Shown here piece after piece: positions 47,481-56,056 of a DNA stretch of 64,000 nt. A model generated the notes under the pieces. That model saw nothing but the letters and a program-made list of their open reading frames with translations, did no database searches and was not told where the DNA came from. A program made the translations under genes and the position numbers. The stretch is taken from NCBI GenBank assembly GCA_965204755.1, contig OZ242011.1:2912001-2976000 (forward strand). The letters run 5' to 3'. This stretch comes from Candidatus Marinacidobacterium sp. Lineage in GTDB: Bacteria; Acidobacteriota; Vicinamibacteria; Marinacidobacterales; Marinacidobacteraceae. Every line of letters begins with the position of its first letter. The first letter of the stretch is position 1.

Positions 47481-50252
47481 ATGCGGGGGAATCCCGGTCA
47501 AGTGCGAGTCGCGGGAGGCGTCCGCTCGCCGAGGGGGGCGCCGGCTGTCGGGCTGGTCGCCGGGTTGGTCTTCGCGGCCGGCGCGATGGGCGCCGCGGCG
47601 GAGGGCGCCGGCGCGCCGCCGCTGAGCGGCCCGCGGGAAGAGCGCCCCGCCTCGAAACCGGACGGGGACTTCGCGCCCTCCGGTCGGGGAGCGGAGGGCG
47701 GGGCGCTTTCTTCGCGGGCTGCCGAGGAGCCGTCGTTCCCGCGCGGGAGCGAAGTGGACCGGTTCATGGAGCGGGTGTTCGAGAACCGCCGGGAGGCCTG
47801 GCGGCGGCTCGGCGACTTCGATGTGACGGAGGTCTTCGCCTGGGAGATGGGGCGGCCCGGCGAGCCTCCGGCGGCCCGCGCCCGGATCGAGTACGAATGG
47901 CGGGTGCGCGGCGGGGTGGCGGTCCGGCGCCCGGTCTCGGTGGACGGCGCGCCCGTGGGCGCCGGCCGCCGGCGAGGCTACGAGCGCGCCTCGCGGCGTC
48001 TCGAAGCCCACCGCCGCCGGGTCCGGGACAGCCGCCCGCGTCCGTCGGGCCGGAAGGAACGGGAAGAGGAGGTTCGAGCGCTCATCGACCGGACTTGGGG
48101 CGGTTCCGTCCGCGCCGGACTGTTGAACGCCGTGGCCGGCGACGCCCTGCTCCTCGGGGACGGAGCCGCCGCGGTGGCGCTGAATGCCGGGCCGATCCTC
48201 GAATCACTGGGCGGCGTCGAGGCCGTCGGGTTCGAGGCTGCGCTCGACCGGACCGGCTCGCTCCTGGAACGGGCCGGCGCCGGGCCGCTGACGGACGGAG
48301 AGGTGGGCCGCGCCCTGCGGCAGCCCCTCGCGGCGCTCGCCGAACGGTTGGACGAGGCAGGCCCGGCCGCGACGGCGCGATACCGGGATCTCGCCGCCCG
48401 GGCGGCGCGGCTGGATCGGTCCGCGCCGGACGACCGGGCTTTCGACCGCGGCCGGGCTTTCGACCCCGACCGGGCCTTCGACCCCCGGGACGGCTTGGCC
48501 GCCGCCCTCGCCGGATCCCTGCTCGACCCCGGCCGCGTGGAGCCGCTCTTCTCGGTGGACCACTACTACTTCAGCGAGTTCACCTTCGAACCCGGCGCCT
48601 TCTACAACGCCGGCCGCGCCGAGGAAGCCGGCCGCCCGGTCCTCGTCATCGAGTACTACCCGGACGCGCCCGCCGCCGACGGCGACGGCCTCCGCGACCT
48701 GCTCTACCGGACGAACCGGCGATCGCGGCACACCTTCCGCGTGGACCCCGACTCGCTCGAGGTCGTCCGCCACACGATGGAGAACCGGGGCGTCCCCGGT
48801 CTCCCGCTGCGCTGGCTCACGCGGATAAAGAGATTCCAGGCGGACCTTTCCCTGGCGCCCGTCCCCGCGCCCGGCGGCGAGGTCTGGATGCCGGCGACCG
48901 TGACTCTCGGCGGGACCGTCGCGACCGCGCTCGGTGACTTCGAAGTGAGTCTCGCCCGCGAGTTCGGGGAGTACCGCCGGCGCCCGGCCCCGGGCGCCGC
49001 CCCGCCGGAAGGAACCGCCCCGGCGACAGCCGCCGCGGGCGGCGCTTCGACCCGCGAGCCGCCGGCGGGCGCCGGGGAGGCCGCCGGCGACGAATCCCGC
49101 CGGCCGGTGGCTTCCGAAGTGCGCGTCCACGGCAACCGGGACCTCTCCGAGGCCGACATCCGCCGGCTCGCCGGGTTGGAGCCGGGAGCGGAACTGCGCC
49201 CCGGGACGGAAGAAGAGGCCGCCGCCCGGCTGCGGGCCACCGGCCGCTTCGAAACCGTGGAGGCGCGCCGGCGCCGCCGGTCGCTCCCGCCCGGCGGCCC
49301 GGAGGAGACGGTGATCCTGCTCGTGGAGGAGCGCGCCCCCGCCGGCGGCGCGACCGGCCTCGCCGCGCTGCCCGTCGTTCGCTACGACGAGGGGTACGGC
49401 GTCACCTACGGCGCCCGGTTGACCCTCCTCGATCCGTTCGGCGAGAACAGCCGGCTCTCCGCGCCCCTCACCCGGGGCGGCGAAGACCGGGCGGCCGTCG
49501 AGTTCGAGGCTCGGCCCCGGACCGGCCCGTTCTCCGCGGTTCGGCTGGCTGCTTCGGCATTTCGCCGGGAGAACCCCCGCTACGGACTGGCCGATCGGCG
49601 TCGAGTGGTGGCCGCGGAAGCCGAGCGCCGGTTCGGCGACCGCTTCCGGCTCTCCGGAGGGGCGGCGTGGAGTCGGGTCCGGTTCGGGGCCGCCGAGGAG
49701 CGCCTCGCCGCCTACCGGGCGGGCCTGGCCCTGGACACCCGCGACAACCCCTCGCTTCCGCGAAACGGGGTGTTCGTCGAGGCCGGCTCGGAGTGGCTGC
49801 GTTGGGGTGGAGGGGCCGGAACGGCCCGCCGACCGTGGGTGGACGCCCGGGGCTTCGTCGGCCTGTTCGGGCCCGCCGTCCTGCGCGCGCGGGCGCAGTA
49901 CCGGGGTTCGGATGCGCCGCTGCCCCGGTTCGCCCGTCCGCTGCTCGGAGGGGCGGGTTCGGTGCGCGGCCACCCGGTCGGCGCCGCCGCCGGAGACCGG
50001 CTCGCGGCCGCGTCCGTCGAGGTCCGCGCCCCGCTCGACGCTCCGTACCACGCGGTGCGCTACGGGGCGCGAATCTTCTTCGAAGCCGGCGCCGTCGCCG
50101 GGGCGGGCGAGCCCTTCCGCGGCGTGGCGATCCACCGGGGTCTCGGCGGCGGTCTGTTCCTCGCCGCCCCGCTGGTGACCGTCGGGCTCGACGCGGCGAG
50201 TGACTTCGAAGGCGGTTTCCGCCTGCACCTCTCGGCGGCGACCCGTTTCTGA
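47481..50252 (+). CDS. BamA/TamA (Omp85)-like outer membrane protein with POTRA domain and a large N-terminal domain
   Basis: EVRVHGNR (POTRA), LDTRDNP, GSVRGH, C-terminal Phe; start approximate. Confidence 0.75.
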   Translation: MRGNPGQVRVAGGVRSPRGAPAVGLVAGLVFAAGAMGAAAEGAGAPPLSGPREERPASKPDGDFAPSGRGAEGGALSSRAAEEPSFPRGSEVDRFMERVFENRREAWRRLGDFDVTEVFAWEMGRPGEPPAARARIEYEWRVRGGVAVRRPVSVDGAPVGAGRRRGYERASRRLEAHRRRVRDSRPRPSGRKEREEEVRALIDRTWGGSVRAGLLNAVAGDALLLGDGAAAVALNAGPILESLGGVEAVGFEAALDRTGSLLERAGAGPLTDGEVGRALRQPLAALAERLDEAGPAATARYRDLAARAARLDRSAPDDRAFDRGRAFDPDRAFDPRDGLAAALAGSLLDPGRVEPLFSVDHYYFSEFTFEPGAFYNAGRAEEAGRPVLVIEYYPDAPAADGDGLRDLLYRTNRRSRHTFRVDPDSLEVVRHTMENRGVPGLPLRWLTRIKRFQADLSLAPVPAPGGEVWMPATVTLGGTVATALGDFEVSLAREFGEYRRRPAPGAAPPEGTAPATAAAGGASTREPPAGAGEAAGDESRRPVASEVRVHGNRDLSEADIRRLAGLEPGAELRPGTEEEAAARLRATGRFETVEARRRRRSLPPGGPEETVILLVEERAPAGGATGLAALPVVRYDEGYGVTYGARLTLLDPFGENSRLSAPLTRGGEDRAAVEFEARPRTGPFSAVRLAASAFRRENPRYGLADRRRVVAAEAERRFGDRFRLSGGAAWSRVRFGAAEERLAAYRAGLALDTRDNPSLPRNGVFVEAGSEWLRWGGGAGTARRPWVDARGFVGLFGPAVLRARAQYRGSDAPLPRFARPLLGGAGSVRGHPVGAAAGDRLAAASVEVRAPLDAPYHAVRYGARIFFEAGAVAGAGEPFRGVAIHRGLGGGLFLAAPLVTVGLDAASDFEGGFRLHLSAATRF
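47627..47721 (-). mobile_element. 95-bp palindromic MITE derivative inside a coding sequence
   Basis: Its reverse complement aligns with the first 95 bp of the MITEs at 3027 and 62439. Confidence 0.75.
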
Positions 50253-50284
50253 ATCGGGGCGGGGGGCTCGCCCCCGTCCCGGAC

Positions 50285-51463
50285 TCAGGCGCGCGCCGAA
50301 GGCGCCGAGGCCGGATTCCCGGAAGCGGCCTCCCCGGAATCGGCGGGCGCCGCCGCGTACTTGCCCAGCCGCAGGCTGCGCCAGGCCCGGGGCAGGAGGG
50401 GGGCGCTGAGCGCGACATTCGCCAGCAGGAAGGTCAGGTGGGCGGCCAGCGCATACGCGAGCAGGCCGGCCTCCCCGCCGGGGGACGCCGACGCAGCCGC
50501 GGAGTGGAAGTAGATCCAGGCGGCCTGGGTGGTGCCGAGGCGGGCGATCCCGATGGGAAGCGCGGCCGCCAGGAAGATGAGGGGCAGGGTGGCGACCAGG
50601 GCGCCGAAGGAGACTTCCACGCCGAAGGCCCGGAGGGCGAAGTGGTGGCCCGCCGCGGCCGCCAGCAGCGCCGGCGCCTTCCACGCGAGCACCGTCAGGT
50701 AGCGCCGGGCGCCCGCCCGCCGGAAGGCGGCCAGGATCCGCCAGCGGGGCGGGCCGACCCGCGCCGCGCCGACGCGGAGCCGCCCCCGGAGGAAGACCGC
50801 GACGAGGCCGAGCCCCGCGGCGGCGATGGCGACGGCCGCCGGCGCCCGTTCCGGAGCGGCGCTGCCGAGCGCCGCGGCGCCCAGGCCGGCCCACAGCAGC
50901 AGGTGGAGCCGCTGGCACAGGTCGAGGAACAGGAGCGTTCCCGCGCATTCCAGATAGCCGGAGTCCGGCCGGCCGCCCGCGGTGAACCGGCGGCCCATCG
51001 CCCCGAGCAGCGCCGCCTGCGACGCGCGCCCGTTCCACAGGCTCACCAGGTAGTCCACCGCCCGCAGCGACAGCACTTCGCGCGCCGGGAGGCGCGGCGG
51101 ATGGAACCAGCCGAGCGTCTGCCGCAGCAGGCCGGTGTCGAGGGCGACATAGACCACGGAAACCGGGAGCACCGCCAGCAGGAACCGGCCGGTGTCCGCC
51201 TCGGCGAACGCCGCCGCCAGGCGCTCCACCGGCACCCGGCGCAGCAGGAGCGCCAGGATGACGGCGGCCCCGACGAACGGCAGCGCCGCGAGGAGGAACC
51301 GCGCCGCTCGCCGGCGCGGGGTCGGGCCGCCGGCCGGCGCCCGGTCGCCGTTCGCGCCGCCGTTCATTCCCCCGTTCGCGCCGCCGTTCATGCCCCCGTT
51401 CGCGCCGCCGTTCACGCCCCCGTTCACGCCGCCGTTCATGCCCCCGTTCATGCCCCGGTTCAT
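50285..51463 (-). CDS. Lysylphosphatidylglycerol-synthase TM (flippase-like) membrane protein
   Basis: Multiple TM helices, LPIGIARLGTTQAAW; exact start ambiguous because of the N-terminal repeat. Confidence 0.7.
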   Translation of the reverse strand: MNRGMNGGMNGGVNGGVNGGANGGMNGGANGGMNGGANGDRAPAGGPTPRRRAARFLLAALPFVGAAVILALLLRRVPVERLAAAFAEADTGRFLLAVLPVSVVYVALDTGLLRQTLGWFHPPRLPAREVLSLRAVDYLVSLWNGRASQAALLGAMGRRFTAGGRPDSGYLECAGTLLFLDLCQRLHLLLWAGLGAAALGSAAPERAPAAVAIAAAGLGLVAVFLRGRLRVGAARVGPPRWRILAAFRRAGARRYLTVLAWKAPALLAAAAGHHFALRAFGVEVSFGALVATLPLIFLAAALPIGIARLGTTQAAWIYFHSAAASASPGGEAGLLAYALAAHLTFLLANVALSAPLLPRAWRSLRLGKYAAAPADSGEAASGNPASAPSARA

Positions 51464-51473
51464 GCCGCCGTTC
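51350..51473. repeat. Tandem repeat, about 10 x 12 bp (GTTCAYGCCSCC-like; encodes [M/V/A]NGG)
   Basis: Read directly. Confidence 0.9.
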
Positions 51474-51505
51474 CGCTCCGTCCGTCCGCCGGCGCCGCCG
51501 GTGCG

Positions 51506-52201
51506 TCAGCGGCCGGGTGTCTCGATGACACCGGTGATCCGCAGCCCCGGATGACGCGCGGTTCCGGCCCGGCCCAGGTCGAGGAGCAGGGCCACGGCGG
51601 CCTCCGCCCGGCGGGCGCCGCCGAGCGGCCCGGCGGGCACGGCGCGGAGACCGGTGATCGCGACCGCGAGCGCCGCCGCCTCCCGGTCCTCGGCCCGGTC
51701 GGCGAAGACGAGCGCGTCCGGCTGCTCCGGCGGGCGCCCGCCGGTTTCGCCGGGGGGCGGCGCCGCGTGGAGGGCGGCGGCGGCGACCGTCTGGAAGGCC
51801 GCCGCGACCCGGGCCTCCGGAACGCCGGCCTCCCGCAGCGCTCGCTCGGCCTCTTCCGCCGCGCTGGTGTCCCGGCCGGCGCCGGGGGGCCAGAGCACGG
51901 CGCAGGAGATCACCAACCGGCCGCGCAGGGTGTCTCCCAGTTCGCGGATCAACGCTTCCTGGGCCGCCGCCGGAACCGCGAGGAAGACCGCGTCCGCGCC
52001 GTCGGCGGCGGCCCGGTTCGCCGCCCCCTCGACCGCGGCGGGCCGCCGTTCGCCCTCGAGGCGTCGGCGGATCTCCCCGGCGGCGGCCTCGGCGCGACCA
52101 GGCGTCCGGGAGCCGATCCGCACCTCGGCGCCGCCGGAGGCCAGCCGGTACGCCAGCCCGCGCCCGAACGGCCCGGCGCCGCCGAGCACCGCAGTCCGCA
52201 C
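51506..52201 (-). CDS. npdG: NADPH-dependent F420 reductase
   Basis: VLGGAGPFGRGLA, IGSR, DAVFLAVP, SAAEEA, VAAAFQTVAA, GLRITG; adjacent to cofE. Confidence 0.8.
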   Translation of the reverse strand: MRTAVLGGAGPFGRGLAYRLASGGAEVRIGSRTPGRAEAAAGEIRRRLEGERRPAAVEGAANRAAADGADAVFLAVPAAAQEALIRELGDTLRGRLVISCAVLWPPGAGRDTSAAEEAERALREAGVPEARVAAAFQTVAAAALHAAPPPGETGGRPPEQPDALVFADRAEDREAAALAVAITGLRAVPAGPLGGARRAEAAVALLLDLGRAGTARHPGLRITGVIETPGR

Positions 52202-52212
52202 CGCCGGACGGG

Positions 52213-53124
52213 CTAGCGGAACAGGTCCTCGCCGGCGTCCCGCAGCAGCGCCGCGGCGCCCGCGCGATCGTCCCCGCGATCGTCCCTGCGATCGTTCCCG
52301 CCATCGCCGTTCGACTCGCCCTCTTCGGTCGTCTCGCCCTCCGTCCCCGACACGGCTTCCGGCAGCCCCCGAACGACCACGGCGGGGATCCGCCGGACCT
52401 TTCCCATCACCAGCCCCGCCGCCGCCGCCACCGCGTCCGGAAGCGCCAGCGCCGACGCCGTGAGTTCCCGTCCCGCCGCATCCGACGCCCCCCGGTGATC
52501 GAGCAGCGCCGGCAGCCCGGCCATGCCGATCGCCACATCCACGGCGCCGAGTCGGAACGGCCGGCCCCAGGTGTCCGTGATGAGAACCGCGATCCGCCGG
52601 CCGGTCGCAGCCCGGATTTCCGCCCGCAGCCGCGCCGCCGAGGCGTCGGGATCCTCCGGCAGCAGGCAGAGGCTGTCCGGCGGAGCGTTCGACAGGTCCA
52701 CCCCGGAGTTGGCGCACACGAAACCGTGGTGGGTCTCCGTGATGAGCACCGACTCCCCGGTGCGCACCATCCGGCGCGCTTCGGCGACCACCGCCTGGAT
52801 CTCCCGCGGGTCGCGGCCGTTGGCCAGCGCCCAGGCGCGCGCGATGCGGCTGGGCTTCAACTCGTCCAGCCGAGCCACGCGTCCTTCCGACTTGGAGACC
52901 ACCTTCTGGCAGATCGCGAGGCAGTCGCCGTCCTCCGGTTCGAGCCCGGCCCGGGCCATGGCCTCGATCACCAGCGGGATCAGGGCGTCTCCTTCGGTGA
53001 TTTCGGGCAGCCCGGTCAGCGGAGAGCACCGCAGCCCGCCGCCCGCGCCGCCGCGCTCCCCGGTGGCGGCGGAGTCGTCGTCGGCCGGCCCGGTCTCGGT
53101 GATCGGCGGCGGGGAGTCGTTCAC
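52213..53124 (-). CDS. cofE: Coenzyme F420-0:L-glutamate ligase
   Basis: GLPEITEGD, QKVVSKSEGR, HGFVCANSGVDLSN, LLPEDPDASA, ITDTWGRPFR. Confidence 0.92.
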   Translation of the reverse strand: MNDSPPPITETGPADDDSAATGERGGAGGGLRCSPLTGLPEITEGDALIPLVIEAMARAGLEPEDGDCLAICQKVVSKSEGRVARLDELKPSRIARAWALANGRDPREIQAVVAEARRMVRTGESVLITETHHGFVCANSGVDLSNAPPDSLCLLPEDPDASAARLRAEIRAATGRRIAVLITDTWGRPFRLGAVDVAIGMAGLPALLDHRGASDAAGRELTASALALPDAVAAAAGLVMGKVRRIPAVVVRGLPEAVSGTEGETTEEGESNGDGGNDRRDDRGDDRAGAAALLRDAGEDLFR

Positions 53125-54158
53125 TGTCGGGAGGCGGTGAGCGTACGAAAGTCGAGGAAGTCGTAGTGCACCCGCCGGCGGATGCGGCGGAAGAAGTACA
53201 CCCGGGCGTTCACCGTGAGGGTGACCCGGTGCGGCAGCCAGATGCGCCCGTCGAAGCCGCTCTCCACATCGGCGCTCGTCCCGGCGTAGAGGCGGCCGAA
53301 GAGACCGGCGACGAAGTTCTCCCCTTCGGTGAGCCGGGCCCGGACCCGCGCCACCTGGAGCGCGGCGGGATCCACCCAGAGTTCGCCTTCGCCCTTGGAC
53401 ACGACGGACATCATCCGGTTCGGCGCGCCGCGGAACCCGGGCCGGGGCCGGAACCGCACGATCCGCATCGTCCGCCCCCGGAGCGGCGGCCCTTCCACCA
53501 GGTCGCCCTCGAACATCTCGAGTTCCATGGCGTCGCGGACGATCTCGTAGAACAGGTCCATCCCGTTCTTCGGGGCCACTTCGTAGTCCGGGTCGCTCCG
53601 CGCCAGCGCTTCCTCGTCCTCCCGCGCCTCCCGGACCGCGTCGCGGACCGCCTTCCGGTAGCGGCGTTCCTCCCGGCGCAGGTCGCGCCCGGAGATCGGC
53701 GTCCCGTCGCGTTCGAGGAGTTTCCAGAGGTGCCGGCCGGCCACCGGCGTGTACTCGTAGAGCGCGTCCGCCGCGCCCACCACCTCGCGCTCGGCGCTGA
53801 GCGACTCGGTGGTGATCAACTGGCGGAAGGTCAGGGCGCCTTCCACCGGGCGGACTTCCGCGCGGCGGTCGAGGACGGAGCGGAGCAGGGATTCCGCCGC
53901 CGCCTGCCCGCCGATCCGCGCCGCCGGGCCGGTCGGGGTGTCCTGCGCCGCGGCGGGCGCGGCGGGGAGAACCGCCGCGGCGGGGAGGAGCGCCGCGGAG
54001 AGGAACGCAGCGGGAAGGATCGGGCGCGGCGCGGGCGGCCGAACGCGGATGCCGGGAGGTTCGCCGGCTTCCGCCTCCCGGTGTCCGGACGCCGGGACGG
54101 TCGGCACGAGCGGTTCGAGCGGTGGGGGAGGCGCCGGCGGGAAGACGGCGGTCGGCAA
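53121..54158 (-). CDS. Secreted hypothetical protein
   Basis: Signal-like segment, FRPRP, GELWVDP, WLPHRV; true start probably downstream of 54158. Confidence 0.7.
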   Translation of the reverse strand: MPTAVFPPAPPPPLEPLVPTVPASGHREAEAGEPPGIRVRPPAPRPILPAAFLSAALLPAAAVLPAAPAAAQDTPTGPAARIGGQAAAESLLRSVLDRRAEVRPVEGALTFRQLITTESLSAEREVVGAADALYEYTPVAGRHLWKLLERDGTPISGRDLRREERRYRKAVRDAVREAREDEEALARSDPDYEVAPKNGMDLFYEIVRDAMELEMFEGDLVEGPPLRGRTMRIVRFRPRPGFRGAPNRMMSVVSKGEGELWVDPAALQVARVRARLTEGENFVAGLFGRLYAGTSADVESGFDGRIWLPHRVTLTVNARVYFFRRIRRRVHYDFLDFRTLTASRQ

Positions 54159-54208
54159 CTCCGGGCGAAGTGTAGGCGCGGGGAGGGGGTCGGCTACGGT
54201 TCCCCGCC

Positions 54209-55969
54209 GTGGCGTTCACCGGACTCGACTGGGCGGTGCTCGCCGCGTACATCGCCGCCGCGGCGGCGATCGGCCTCGGTGCCGCCCGCTCCGCCGGCCG
54301 CGGGACTTCCTCCTTCTTCCTCGGCGGACGGCGGCTCCCCTGGTGGCTGCTCGGCACCTCGATGGTGGCGACCACCTTCTCCACCGACACGCCGAACCTG
54401 GTCGCCGAACTGGTCCGCCAGAACGGCGTCGCCGCGAACTGGACCTGGTGGGCCTTCTGCCTCACCGGGATGCTCACGGTGTTCGTGTTCGCCCCGCTCT
54501 GGCGGCGGAGCGGGCTGGTCACCGACCTCGGCTTCTACGAACTGAGATACGCCGGGCGCCCGGCGGCCTTCCTGCGCGCCTTCCGCGCCGCGTACCTGGG
54601 CATCTTCTTCAACTGCGTGGTCATCGCCACGGTCACCCTCGCCGGCGCGAAGATCGGCGGGGCGCTCTTCGGGCTGGAAAAGGCCACCGCGGTGATCGCC
54701 GCCGGCGTGCTCGCCGCCGGGTACGCGGTGGTCTCCGGGTTCCGGGGAGTGGTGGTCACCGACCTCCTCCAGTTCGCCGTCTCGGTGACCGGCGCGGTCG
54801 TCGCCGCGGTCTGGGCGCTCGGCCATCCCCGGGTAGGAGGGCTCGACGGACTGACCGGGGCGCTCGGCGACCGCCTGGCCTTCGTGCCGCCCACCGGCTC
54901 GGAGGCCTTCGCCGCCCTGTTCCTCGTCCCGGTGGCGCTCCAGTGGTGGAGCGTCTGGTACCCCGGCGCGGAGCCCGGCGGCGGCGGCTACATCGCCCAG
55001 CGGATGCTGGCGGCGCGGAGCGAAGAGGACGCCCGCCGGAGCGCGCTCTGGTTCACCGTCGCGCACTACGCGCTCCGGCCCTGGCCCTGGATCCTGGTGG
55101 CGCTGGCCTCGATCCTCGTCTATCCCGACCTCGCTTCGCTCCGGGCGGCGCTCCCCGGACTCGACCCGGCGCTGGTCGGGGACGACCTCGCCTATCCGGT
55201 CATGCTCCGGCTCCTGCCGCCCGGCCTGCTCGGACTGGCGGCGGCCTCGCTGGTCGGCGCCTACATGTCCACGGTGGACACCCACCTCAACTGGGGCGCG
55301 TCCTACCTGGTCGAGGATCTCTACCGCCGGTTCCTCCGTCCCGGAGCATCCGCGAAGGAGTCGGTGCGGGTGGCCCGCGCCGCCACCGTGCTGCTCATGG
55401 CCGGGGCGGCGCTGCTCACCCTGACCATCGACACCGCCCGCGGCGGGTTCGGCCTGCTGCTGCAGATCGGCGCCGGGACCGGGCCGCTGTTCGTCGCCCG
55501 CTGGCTCTGGTGGCGGATCAACGCCTGGTCGGAGATCCTGGCGATGACCGGCTCGCTGCTGGTGGCGGTTTCGCTGCCGGCGCTCGGGGTCGAGCCGGGT
55601 TCCGCCTCCGGCCTGGCGCTCGGGATCGCCGCGACCACGGCGATCTGGCTTACCGCCACGCTGCTGACCCCGCCGGAGGACCCCGCCGCGCTCGACCGCT
55701 TCGTCGAGAAGATCCGCCCGCCCGCCCCCGGCTGGCGCGCCGCCTACCGGCGCACCGGCGCGCGGCCCGCCCCGTCCGCGCGCGCCTTCGCCGCCTGGCC
55801 GCTGGCCTGCGTGATGGTGTACGCCGCGCTCTTCGGGACGGGGGCGCTGTTGCTCGGCCGCAGCCCGATCGTCGTCGCGGCGTTCGCCGCGCTCCTCGTC
55901 GCGAGCGCCCTCGCGGTCGCCCGCCTCCTCCGCCCCCGCCCCGGAATCGCCGCCTCCCCCGGGAGTTGA
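54209..55969 (+). CDS. Sodium:solute symporter family protein
   Basis: FFLGGRRLPWW, SMVATTFSTDTP, GGGYIAQRM, AYMSTVDTHLNWG. Confidence 0.92.
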   Translation: MAFTGLDWAVLAAYIAAAAAIGLGAARSAGRGTSSFFLGGRRLPWWLLGTSMVATTFSTDTPNLVAELVRQNGVAANWTWWAFCLTGMLTVFVFAPLWRRSGLVTDLGFYELRYAGRPAAFLRAFRAAYLGIFFNCVVIATVTLAGAKIGGALFGLEKATAVIAAGVLAAGYAVVSGFRGVVVTDLLQFAVSVTGAVVAAVWALGHPRVGGLDGLTGALGDRLAFVPPTGSEAFAALFLVPVALQWWSVWYPGAEPGGGGYIAQRMLAARSEEDARRSALWFTVAHYALRPWPWILVALASILVYPDLASLRAALPGLDPALVGDDLAYPVMLRLLPPGLLGLAAASLVGAYMSTVDTHLNWGASYLVEDLYRRFLRPGASAKESVRVARAATVLLMAGAALLTLTIDTARGGFGLLLQIGAGTGPLFVARWLWWRINAWSEILAMTGSLLVAVSLPALGVEPGSASGLALGIAATTAIWLTATLLTPPEDPAALDRFVEKIRPPAPGWRAAYRRTGARPAPSARAFAAWPLACVMVYAALFGTGALLLGRSPIVVAAFAALLVASALAVARLLRPRPGIAASPGS

Positions 55970-56056
55970 CGCCGCCTTCCCGGAACCGACGCCGCCTCCG
56001 CGGGAATCGGCGTCACCCCGGTCAGGCCGGCGCGCCGCGGCCGCTCGCGCCCGTCG

